Origin: Dehalococcoidia bacterium
GTDB lineage: Bacteria > Chloroflexota > Dehalococcoidia > Lucifugimonadales > UBA3495
NCBI GenBank assembly: GCA_965199995.1
Contig: OZ241328.1
Coordinates: 2,060,627-2,124,626 of the forward strand
DNA: 64,000 nucleotides
Direction: 5' to 3'
Under the pieces are notes generated by a model. The model was not told where the DNA came from. It did not search any database and worked only from the letters and a program-made list of their open reading frames with translations. Position 1 is the first letter of the stretch, and each line of letters begins with the position of its first letter. Below are positions 26,974-35,271 of this stretch, in pieces. Position numbers and translations under genes: made by a program.

Positions 26974-28119
26974 ATGGACAATCTCCTCGTCATCTCCTCA
27001 GATTCCCATGTCTTCGAGCCTCCCAGCCTGTGGACGGAACGGATTGACCCGGAGTTCCGCGACCGGGCTCCCCGCATGGAGCGCGTGGGCGACGCCGACC
27101 ACCTCATCGTCGAAAAAGACCAGATGGTTGCCGGAATCGGCCTGATTTCCAATGCCGGCGCCCGCTTCGATAACCCGGAACAAATCTCCGCCCACGGACG
27201 CTTCGAGGACGTTCACGTCGGCGGCTATGACCCCGCCCAGCATATCCGAGACATGAAGATAGACAGCGTTTCCGGGGAGCTTCTCTATCCTTCCCAGGGA
27301 CTGTTCTATTTCAAGGTCGCCGACTCCCGGCTGATGTCCGCAATCTTCCGCGCCTATAACGATTGGCTGGCCGAGTTCTGCTCCTTCAATCCCGCCCGCC
27401 TCAAGGGAGTGGCGATGATAAACCTCGACGACGTTGCCGAAGGCGTCGCAGAACTCCAGCGCTGCGCCAACATGGGCATGGCCGCGGCCATGATTACCGA
27501 GTACCCCCAGGAAGACCGCCGGTACGACAGCCCGGAATACGAACCCTTCTGGGCCGCCGCCCAAGACCTAGATATGCCCATAAGCCTCCACACCGCCACC
27601 CGCCGCGAGGGCCGCAGCCGGGGCGCCGGCGCAAAGTCTGTCCGCGATGCCAGCGGCCGCGCCACCAAGGTCTTCTATCCCGCAACCTCCATGTGCGACA
27701 TCATCTTCTCCGGAGTCTTCGAGCGTTACCCCAAATTCAAGCTGGCCATCGTAGAGTTCGAGCTTTCCTGGGTTCCATATCTCCTCGACTCCATGGACTA
27801 CACCTACGTCGAGCGTCAGGAAGAAGCCCTCTATCGCTTCAGGGGCAACGTCCGTCCCAGCGATTTCTTCCGCAACAACGTATATCTCAGTTTCCAGGAA
27901 GACGCCGTAGGCATCCGCCTGCGCGACATCATCGGCGTTGACCGCCTCATGTGGGGCAGCGACTACCCCCACTCCGAGTCTACCTTCCCTCGCTCCCGCG
28001 AAGTGCTGAGCGAAATTCTGGAGGGCGTGCCGGAGGCGGAGCAGGCCAGCATCGTCGGCGGAGCCGCCGCTGCTCTATACGGCTTCAACGTCGAGGGGCT
28101 GTCCGAACCTATCCCCTGA
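26974..28119 (+). CDS. Amidohydrolase-2 family metal-dependent hydrolase/decarboxylase
   Basis: 381 aa. N-terminal ISSDSHVFEP, LHTAT, C-terminal MWGSDYPH. AGGAGG lies 6 nt upstream of the ATG. Confidence 0.75.
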   Translation: MDNLLVISSDSHVFEPPSLWTERIDPEFRDRAPRMERVGDADHLIVEKDQMVAGIGLISNAGARFDNPEQISAHGRFEDVHVGGYDPAQHIRDMKIDSVSGELLYPSQGLFYFKVADSRLMSAIFRAYNDWLAEFCSFNPARLKGVAMINLDDVAEGVAELQRCANMGMAAAMITEYPQEDRRYDSPEYEPFWAAAQDLDMPISLHTATRREGRSRGAGAKSVRDASGRATKVFYPATSMCDIIFSGVFERYPKFKLAIVEFELSWVPYLLDSMDYTYVERQEEALYRFRGNVRPSDFFRNNVYLSFQEDAVGIRLRDIIGVDRLMWGSDYPHSESTFPRSREVLSEILEGVPEAEQASIVGGAAAALYGFNVEGLSEPIP

Positions 28120-28167
28120 GCCTTCGCTTCTCATCGTGAATTTGCAAGCATAAGGTGAAAGGCAGCC

Positions 28168-28579
28168 TTGTCGGAAGAAATACGCTGGCATTACCGCTTC
28201 CACAACTTTTCCCGGGCTTATGCGCTGTTGAGCCAGGCTCTTGATGCAGAGGTGGAAGAGTTGACGACTTGGAAAAAGATGGGGTTATCCAAAGGTTCGA
28301 GTACACCTTCGAGTTGGCCTGGAACACACTGAAAGACCACCTAGAGTATGACGGCGTTTTATGAATTCGGTAACGCCCCGAAATGTTATTCGCACAGCCG
28401 CCGCCACGGGTCTAATCGCCGAAGGCCAAACCTGGATTAGTATGCTGGAAGACCGGCGAAACACCTCCCATCGCTACGACATCAATCTGCTCGTGGAAGT
28501 GCTGGGCAACATCCGCGCGCAATACCTGCCGGCGCTGGCAGCGCTGCGCTGGAGGCTGTCGGCGGAGATGGCCGAATGA
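28168..28579 (+). pseudogene. HI0074-family nucleotidyltransferase substrate-binding (HEPN-like) protein, at least two frameshifts
   Basis: Three frames give SEEIRWHYRFHNFSRAYALLSQAL..ELTT / DGVIQRFEYTFELAWNTLKDHLEYDGV / TPRNVIRTAAATGLIAEGQTWISMLEDRRNTSHRYD. The breaks lie near 28268-28278 and 28355-28362, next to A5 and T4 runs. Confidence 0.7.
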
Positions 28580-28911
28580 CGGAACATTCTCTGCCCCCAA
28601 ACATCCTTCAACAACTGCGGCGGGTCTTCGCCCAATATCCCGACCTGAAGGCCGTCAACCTGTTTGGCTCTTATGCCACCGGGCGCGCCACTTCGCGCTC
28701 CGACATAGACTTAGTAACCCTAGGCATCGCCGACCGCCACCGCCTCGGCCGCCTGGCCTTGGACTTGGATGACCTGCCTATCCCCCAAAAGTGCGACGTA
28801 CTGGCCTACGAAAAGATTACATACGAACCCCTCAAGCGTCATATAGACCAATGGGGCGTAGTCATATATCAGAACCATTCAGGGGCGGGAACCGCCATGA
28901 CATCGCCATAA
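28576..28911 (+). CDS. Minimal nucleotidyltransferase (MNT, HI0073-like)
   Basis: 111 aa. LFGSYATGRATSRSDIDLV (GS...DxD). ATGA overlap with the upstream HEPN-like gene. Confidence 0.75.
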   Translation: MTEHSLPPNILQQLRRVFAQYPDLKAVNLFGSYATGRATSRSDIDLVTLGIADRHRLGRLALDLDDLPIPQKCDVLAYEKITYEPLKRHIDQWGVVIYQNHSGAGTAMTSP

Positions 28912-29029
28912 ATGACCAGCCCCCATCTTCCCGCAACTTCACGGCTCTCCTGCCGGCTAACAGTACCGGCGGATAACAGTGCCGGAACTGATAGCCTCTC
29001 TCATAAACAACCACTAAGGAGGCAAGACG

Positions 29030-30481
29030 ATGCTGGATATGCTGATTAAGGGCGGACAAGTCGTTACTCCCTCAGGCGTCGGCAACTGGGATGTCGGGGT
29101 GGAGGGCGAGCGTATCGTCGCCGTGGCCCTCCCCGGCGTGCTACCGGAAGAAGGCGCCGCCATAATCGACGCCACCGGCAGAATCGTCGTCCCCGGCGGT
29201 GTTGAAGCCCACGTCCATGCCGCCGCCAACGTCCAGCCCGGCGCCAGCGAATCCGTGCCCGGCACCCCCAACGCCGGCCCCGCCGTCCACTCCCTCGGCG
29301 CCATCTGGGGCGGCACCACCACCGTCGTTGACTTCGCTCCCGTCCCCAGTGAGGGAGACCTCGCGGCCGGCATCCACGGCTTTATGACCGTCTGGCAAGG
29401 CAACGCCTATACCGACTACACCACTCACTGCATCTATCGCAACTCCAACTCCCCGGACTCCATCGCCCGGTTCCACGAGCTGGTGGAAGCGGGTTTCCCC
29501 AGCGTAAAGATTTTCACCACCAACATCCGACCGCCCGACGCCGAAGGAACCAGCCTTACCCCCATCGGCAGGATTGATACTGGCCGCCTCGGCGACTTGA
29601 TGGAGCAGATGCACCGCCACGGCGGAGTTCTCGCCGTCCACGGTGAAGACGACGAACTCGTCATGTACAACTATCTTCTGGCCCGCGAGCGCGGCCTGTG
29701 GGACTGGCACAACGTCCATCTCATTCACTCCAAGGCCGTCGAGGACCTCGCCTTCCGCCATATCGTGCGACTGGCCCAGCGCACCGGAGTCGGGATGTAT
29801 TTCGTCCATGTCACCGCCTCCGACGGGCTGGACGTCATCTCCGAGGCCCGCGCCGCCGGTATGCCCGTCTATGGCGAAGTCCTAACCCTGGCTCTATCCT
29901 TCGAGGCCGAGCAGTACAAAGAACCCGACGGCATGAAGTACCACACTTACCCGTCCCTCAAATTTGACCAGGACCGCACCGCCCTTTGGGACGGCATCAT
30001 GAAAGGCGACCTCTCTTTCACCGCCACCGATAGCAGCTTCACCACCTACATCGACAAGGTTGCCGGCACCAACGTCCGAGACATCCGCGGCGGAAACGTC
30101 GGTATCGAAATCCGCATGGGAGTAAACTACACTGAAGCCGTCGTCAAGCGCGGTATGCCCCTGGAACGCTACGTAGACGTAACTTCCGCCAACCCCGCCA
30201 AGCTCTTGGGAATGTACCCCCGCAAAGGCTGCATCGCCGCTGGCAGCGACGCCGACTTCGCCATCATTGACCCCACCTTCAAGAAGCCTCTCGAGCTTTC
30301 CGACCTACATGTGCGCGATTACAGCCCCTGGGAAGGCTGGGAAGTCGAAGGCTGGCCCACCACCGTTATCCTGCGCGGCAAGGTAATGGTGGACGGCGGA
30401 CAGTTGCTCGGCAGCCCCGAAGATGGCCGCCTCATCCTGCGCAAGGTTGATCAGTCCGTCCTCAACCGCCCCGCTTTCTAA
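29030..30481 (+). CDS. Dihydropyrimidinase / D-hydantoinase family cyclic amidohydrolase
   Basis: 483 aa. VVPGGVEAHVH, SVKIFT (carbamylated Lys position), HGEDDE, FVHVT, TDSS.. Confidence 0.75.
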   Translation: MLDMLIKGGQVVTPSGVGNWDVGVEGERIVAVALPGVLPEEGAAIIDATGRIVVPGGVEAHVHAAANVQPGASESVPGTPNAGPAVHSLGAIWGGTTTVVDFAPVPSEGDLAAGIHGFMTVWQGNAYTDYTTHCIYRNSNSPDSIARFHELVEAGFPSVKIFTTNIRPPDAEGTSLTPIGRIDTGRLGDLMEQMHRHGGVLAVHGEDDELVMYNYLLARERGLWDWHNVHLIHSKAVEDLAFRHIVRLAQRTGVGMYFVHVTASDGLDVISEARAAGMPVYGEVLTLALSFEAEQYKEPDGMKYHTYPSLKFDQDRTALWDGIMKGDLSFTATDSSFTTYIDKVAGTNVRDIRGGNVGIEIRMGVNYTEAVVKRGMPLERYVDVTSANPAKLLGMYPRKGCIAAGSDADFAIIDPTFKKPLELSDLHVRDYSPWEGWEVEGWPTTVILRGKVMVDGGQLLGSPEDGRLILRKVDQSVLNRPAF

Positions 30482-30542
30482 CTCCGGTCTTCGCGTCCTT
30501 CCCGTGGCGGTTCACCCTCATCTCGGCGAATTTAAGAGGAAC

Positions 30543-30580
30543 TTGAAAAATCAGGTTTCCTTCAAAATTTCTTAAAAATG
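30543..30580 (+). promoter_or_regulatory. Three AT-rich direct repeats upstream of the His-rich protein gene (candidate response-regulator site)
   Basis: TTGAAAAAT (30543), TTCAAAATT (30561) and TTAAAAATG (30572). This is the only AT-rich patch in the intergenic region. Confidence 0.25.
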
Positions 30581-30654
30581 CGCGAGTAAATTATTTCTAA
30601 CAGCGGGGTGGCGCCGCCCGGCGAGTACGCGAGCATGAAGGAGCAGAGAACATT

Positions 30655-31416
30655 ATGGGCAAAAAGTGGATTATCATATCCTTAGCCGTCGGGCTGCTCA
30701 CCGTAGCCATCACCGGCAGCGTGGCCCTGGCCGGCGGACTAGGGAATGGCCATAACGAGACCCGGCTTTTGGCTCTGGCCGGCAAGGTTGCCGCAATCCT
30801 AGGCACCGACGCCGACGCTACTGCCGACGCTATCGCTCAAGCCCGCCAGGAACTTCACGATGAAGCTCACGAAGAAGCTCTGAACGACCTCGCCGGGCGC
30901 GTCGCCACAACCCTCGGCACCAGTGCCGACGCCACCGCCAGCGCCATCGAGCAAGTGGCGATGGAAATGCGCAACGAAGCCTTGGAAAGCAAGCTGCAAG
31001 AAGCCATAGCCAGCGGCAAAATCACCGAGGAAGAAGCCCAGGAAACCCGCGATATGGCGGCCTCCAGCGGCTGGCACACCAAGGGATTCGCCTTAAAGGG
31101 CGACGCATCTGAAGACTTCGGCAACCGGGTTGGCGCGATCCTAGGGGTAGAGGGCGCCGATGTTACCAACGCCGTCGAGCAGGCCATCGCCGACTCCCAC
31201 GCCGAGGCCGTGGAGGCCCAGATCCAGGCCGCCGTTGAAAGCGGTAAAATTACCGAAGAAGAAGCTGCCCAAATCCGCGAGAAAATCGCCTCCGGCGATT
31301 GGAAAGGCTTCGGCAAGCACGGTCATCACGGCAAACGCGGCGGCAAACACCATCACGGCTTTGGCGGCTTGGATGGTTCCCCTAATACTTCTACCGGCGA
31401 CGATGATTCTGTCTAA
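30655..31416 (+). CDS. Secreted repeat protein with His-rich C-terminus (DUF2680-like GKITEEEA repeats)
   Basis: Signal peptide. Three LAG(K/R)VA..LG..ADAT..AI.QA units. Two ..ESGKITEEEA.QIRE.IASGDW units. Tail GKHGHHGKRGGKHHHGFGG. Confidence 0.6.
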   Translation: MGKKWIIISLAVGLLTVAITGSVALAGGLGNGHNETRLLALAGKVAAILGTDADATADAIAQARQELHDEAHEEALNDLAGRVATTLGTSADATASAIEQVAMEMRNEALESKLQEAIASGKITEEEAQETRDMAASSGWHTKGFALKGDASEDFGNRVGAILGVEGADVTNAVEQAIADSHAEAVEAQIQAAVESGKITEEEAAQIREKIASGDWKGFGKHGHHGKRGGKHHHGFGGLDGSPNTSTGDDDSV

Positions 31417-31455
31417 CGGCTAACCGGGCACCGGCTCAACCCATCCAAACTCAAC

Positions 31456-31490
31456 GGGCGTAGGGCAGGCTTACTGCCCACGCCCTGTTT
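31456..31490 (+). terminator. Intrinsic-terminator-like hairpin
   Basis: GGGCGTAGGGCAG-GCTTA-CTGCCCACGCCC with one bulge, followed by TGTTT. Confidence 0.4.
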
Positions 31491-31525
31491 GGCCGTAAAT
31501 TCAGCCACATCCAGCAGGACTCGCC

Positions 31526-32263
31526 ATGAACGCTAACCCTAGCGAACCCGAACAAACCGTTCTGGTGGTAGACGACGACGCCAACGTGGTGGAGTTGGTT
31601 CAGCTTTACCTCGAGCGCGACGGCTACCGCGTAGTCTCCGCGATGGACGGCGCTCGCGGCCTGGCTCTGGCGAGAAAGGAAAACCCCAGCCTCGTCGTGC
31701 TGGACGTGATGCTCCCACGCCTGAGTGGTTTGGACGTATGCCGGGCCCTGCGCCAGGAATCTCCAGTTCCCATCATCATCCTCACCGCCCGCGTCGAAGA
31801 GGACGACCGGCTCGCTGGCCTAGACCTGGGCGCCGATGATTATGTCACCAAACCCTTCAGCCCCCGCGAGCTGGCCGCGCGAGTCCGCGCCGTCCTCCGC
31901 CGCGCCGCCCGCGACAGTTCCAACGAGGATCAGCCCACCCTTTCCTGCGGCCTCGTCCGCCTCGACCTGCGCGCCCGCTGCGTAACCGTTTCCGGCGCGG
32001 AAGTCCGCCTTACGCCCACCGAGTTCCGACTGCTCACCCTCCTGATGCGCCAGCCGTCCCGCACCTTCACTCGCGACGAAATCATAGACAAAGCCTTGGG
32101 CTGCGATTTCGACGGCTTCGACCGCACCGTAGACGCCCACGTATCCAGCCTCCGTCGCAAGCTCGCCGCCATGCCCGGCGGCAATGCCAAACTCATCCAG
32201 ACCGTCTACGGCAGAGGCTACCGGTTGAACCATTCCCTTGAGGTTCCTTCACCGGAAATGTGA
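31526..32263 (+). CDS. OmpR/PhoB-family response regulator
   Basis: VLVVDDD...VVLDVMLP...TKPF receiver, followed by a winged-helix C-terminus (LTPTEFRLLTLL...VYGRGYRL). Confidence 0.9.
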   Translation: MNANPSEPEQTVLVVDDDANVVELVQLYLERDGYRVVSAMDGARGLALARKENPSLVVLDVMLPRLSGLDVCRALRQESPVPIIILTARVEEDDRLAGLDLGADDYVTKPFSPRELAARVRAVLRRAARDSSNEDQPTLSCGLVRLDLRARCVTVSGAEVRLTPTEFRLLTLLMRQPSRTFTRDEIIDKALGCDFDGFDRTVDAHVSSLRRKLAAMPGGNAKLIQTVYGRGYRLNHSLEVPSPEM

Positions 32264-32285
32264 GGGCGCCAGGAATGTTAGGGTT

Positions 32286-33710
32286 ATGCCCGATTTTCCC
32301 TCTGGTCTGTTTTCCAGCTTGCAATTTCGCCTTGCCCTGGGCTTCATCTTGGCCCTAGCCCTGGCGTTGTCCCTAATTGGTGTCGCCGCCGGAGTCGTCG
32401 CCAACCAGCAGACCGAACAGTTCGAGAGAGACCGAGATTCCGCCCAGGTCGAGCGGGTGCGGCAATTGGTCTCCGACTATTCCGCCAAGCGGCGTGACCG
32501 CCGAACCGACATCGCCGCCTTGCAGGAAATCCTGGAAAGAGCTGGCCCCGTGTCTGGAGCGCGCATCCGGGTCTACGACGCCAACGGTATCCTTATCGCC
32601 GACTCCCACGCCAGTGCCATCCTAGAGCACGAACACTCCGACGCTAAGGATGGGCGGCCACCCGTCCTTAGCTCAAAGAAGTTCCCCATCTTCCAGGGCG
32701 GCCAATTGGTCGGCGCCTTCACCGTTTCCGGCACAGTCTTGCCCGGCCCCGAATCCGTGGCCCTTGCTCAGGCCGACCCGGTGGCCTCTCGCATATCGGG
32801 AGTAGTCAACCGTTCCCTGCTGTGGGCCGGCCTCAGCGCCGCCGCCCTCGGCATCCTCATGGTATGGCTGCTGTCCCGCCGCACTCTGGCTCCCTTGCAG
32901 AATTTGGGCTCCGCCGCCCGGCTGCTGGGCCGGGGCGACCTTTCCCAGCGCGCCGACACCACCGGCCCCACGGAGCTTCGCGAACTCGCCTACAGCTTCA
33001 ACGCGATGGCCGCGGGTCTGGAGGAAGCCGAACGCCAGCGCCGCAACCTCACCGCAGACGTAGCCCACGAGCTGCGAACTCCCCTCTCCAACATACAGGG
33101 CTACTTGGAAGCGATTAAAGACGGCCTGATAGACCCCACCCCTGAAACCATCGACACCATCCACGGGCAGGCCCTTCAACTATCCCGCCTGATTGAAGAC
33201 CTGCGTCTGCTGGCCCAGGTCGAAGCCGGCGCCTTACAGCTACAACTCTCCCCCGTCCGCATAGGCGAGCTGTTCCATTCTTCCATCATGGCGGTACGCC
33301 CCCGCGCCGAAGCCAAGGGTGTGGCCCTGAATCTCGACGCCGATAACGCCCCGCCAACGGTGAACTTGGATGCCACCCGCATCTCTCAAGTCATCGGCAA
33401 CCTGCTGGAAAACGCCATCACCCACACGCCTCAAGGCGGCAGTGTCTCAGTATCCGTCTTCGCTAGCGCCGCCACCCTGGAATTAGTGGTTTCGGACACC
33501 GGCTCCGGCATATCCCCGGAAGACCTGCCCCGGGTGTTCGACCGCTTCTATCGCGCCGACCCCTCCCGAGACCGCGCCACTGGTGGCGCCGGTCTCGGCC
33601 TCACCATCGCCCGAAGACTCACCGAAGCCCACGGCGGAACCCTCGAAGCCCACAGCGAGCTAGGCCGCGGCAGCCGCTTCACCCTGCGCCTCCCCGTCAT
33701 CCCCATATGA
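32286..33710 (+). CDS. Sensor histidine kinase (2 TM, HAMP, HisKA, HATPase_c)
   Basis: H-box VAHELRTPLSNIQGY, N-box LLENAITHTP, G-boxes DTGSGI and GGAGLGLTIA. Start set at the ATG after the regulator stop. Confidence 0.85.
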   Translation: MPDFPSGLFSSLQFRLALGFILALALALSLIGVAAGVVANQQTEQFERDRDSAQVERVRQLVSDYSAKRRDRRTDIAALQEILERAGPVSGARIRVYDANGILIADSHASAILEHEHSDAKDGRPPVLSSKKFPIFQGGQLVGAFTVSGTVLPGPESVALAQADPVASRISGVVNRSLLWAGLSAAALGILMVWLLSRRTLAPLQNLGSAARLLGRGDLSQRADTTGPTELRELAYSFNAMAAGLEEAERQRRNLTADVAHELRTPLSNIQGYLEAIKDGLIDPTPETIDTIHGQALQLSRLIEDLRLLAQVEAGALQLQLSPVRIGELFHSSIMAVRPRAEAKGVALNLDADNAPPTVNLDATRISQVIGNLLENAITHTPQGGSVSVSVFASAATLELVVSDTGSGISPEDLPRVFDRFYRADPSRDRATGGAGLGLTIARRLTEAHGGTLEAHSELGRGSRFTLRLPVIPI

Positions 33711-33971
33711 GCTTATCTCCGTGAAAATGGAGGCAAGCTCCCAAGGCAAGGCTTGATTTAGGGAGCTAAACAGGTATAGCATTTCACTGCGCGGAAATAC
33801 TGGAACTACTCCCAACAAGGAACGCCCCCGCAAGCAACCGCATAGTCTTCGCGAATAACCGCCCCATCCTGAGCTACAACTCCGCGCTGGAATCGCCCGA
33901 GAATCCGTTCCTGCTCCGCGTTCTAGGACCCGTTTTCCTCTACCGAACCCCGCCTGGAGGCATTACTCATC

Positions 33972-34883
33972 GTGGCTGAGCCGCCTACCATACGCCCATC
34001 AGGCCATGTTCCTCGCCGGATGGGTCTTTTCTCGGAGGGGAACAATCCTCAATGGTCTGGTCTGTTCCGGCGCTGTGTTGCCGAAATGATAGGCACCTGG
34101 CTCCTGGTGTTCGCCGGAACGGCAGCCGTCGCCGCCGCAGTGCTGACCGGCGCGCAGACCGGGCTATGGCAGGTAGCAGTGGTATGGGGCTTGGGCGTCG
34201 CTCTGGCCATATACCTGACGGCAGCCGTCTCCGGCGCGCACCTCAACCCGGCCGTCAGCCTAGCCTTCGCCATATTCCGCCCCAGCGACTTCCCCCGCCG
34301 TTTCCTAATTCCCTATTGGGTTTCCCAATTCATCGGGGGCGTGCTGGCCGGCATATCGGTGCTCACGCTCTACGGCTCCTTCCTTCGCCGGTTCGAGGAA
34401 CAGAACGGGATTATCCGAGGAGAACCGGGCAGCCAGCTTTCCGCCATGGTTTTCGGCGAATACTTTCCCAACCCCGGGGTAGCCGGAACCAGCGAAGCTG
34501 CCATGTCCCTGGTGTCGCCCTTGGGAGCCATGGCCGTAGAAGCCGTCGGAACCGGAATACTCGTGATGGTCATATTCTCCCTGGTAGACCGCCGCAACAC
34601 CAGCCTTACCGCCAAATACCTTGCCCCCGCGCTGATTGGCCTTACCGTCGCCCTGCTCATCAGCACCCTTGCCTCTCTGACCCAAGGGGGATGGAACCCG
34701 GCTCGCGACTTCGGCCCGCGGGTGGTAGCTTTCTTCGCCGGATGGGGCGAAATGGCGATACCTGGCCCATCCAGCGGTTTCTGGGCCTACATCGCCGGGC
34801 CGACGATCGGCGGCCCCCTCGGAGCAGCGGTGTACGAATTCCTGCTTCGCCCATCTCTACCCCCGGAAGCCAAATCACCCTAG
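33972..34883 (+). CDS. MIP-family channel (aquaporin/glycerol facilitator-like)
   Basis: Two NPA boxes (HLNPAVSLA, WNPARDFGPR). The start codon is uncertain; 33972 is GTG and internal Mets are available. Confidence 0.8.
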   Translation: MAEPPTIRPSGHVPRRMGLFSEGNNPQWSGLFRRCVAEMIGTWLLVFAGTAAVAAAVLTGAQTGLWQVAVVWGLGVALAIYLTAAVSGAHLNPAVSLAFAIFRPSDFPRRFLIPYWVSQFIGGVLAGISVLTLYGSFLRRFEEQNGIIRGEPGSQLSAMVFGEYFPNPGVAGTSEAAMSLVSPLGAMAVEAVGTGILVMVIFSLVDRRNTSLTAKYLAPALIGLTVALLISTLASLTQGGWNPARDFGPRVVAFFAGWGEMAIPGPSSGFWAYIAGPTIGGPLGAAVYEFLLRPSLPPEAKSP

Positions 34884-34932
34884 TACTCCCGTCTACCGTT
34901 GGAGCGCCATAGAATACGGGCGGCTACATATC

Positions 34933-34990
34933 CGTCATTCCCTTAATACCTATCATTTAATACCTATCATTCCCGCATCCGCGGAAACCG
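34933..34990 (+). repeat. Variant hairpin-element copy split by a 14-bp tandem duplication
   Basis: GTCATTCCC + TTAATACCTATCAT x2 (34943-34956, 34957-34970) + TCCCGCATCCGCGGAAACC. Confidence 0.7.
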
Positions 34991-35271
34991 CACAACCCGA
35001 ATTAGGCGGCATCGTTCCGAAAATCAGGCATCCCCAACCCATCAGACTCCGGCTTTGCTCCGCAGCGGCCGGGTTGTAATCTCATATGCGATTGCCCTGT
35101 CTCCCTCAGCGGGGGCTGTTGCGCCCATTAGCCGCAACTTATACAATAGCGTATCCTTCCGCTTAGGGCGCAGCTTGCGCCGTTGCGGTTTGCGATGCAC
35201 CATTGGCCATTCTTTCCTTCCAGGTGTCGAGCCAATAAAGATAAAAAAAGCTAGAGGGAGCAAACCCAATT

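Noticed and set aside
35042-35203. Small basic ORF on the minus strand (MVHRKPQRRKLRPKRK..., 53 aa from the internal ATG of ORF 35042..35269) upstream of the EF-G paralogue
   Set aside because: It has no recognisable family and ambiguous RBS spacing, and it overlaps the likely EF-G promoter/leader. There is not enough evidence to call it a gene.
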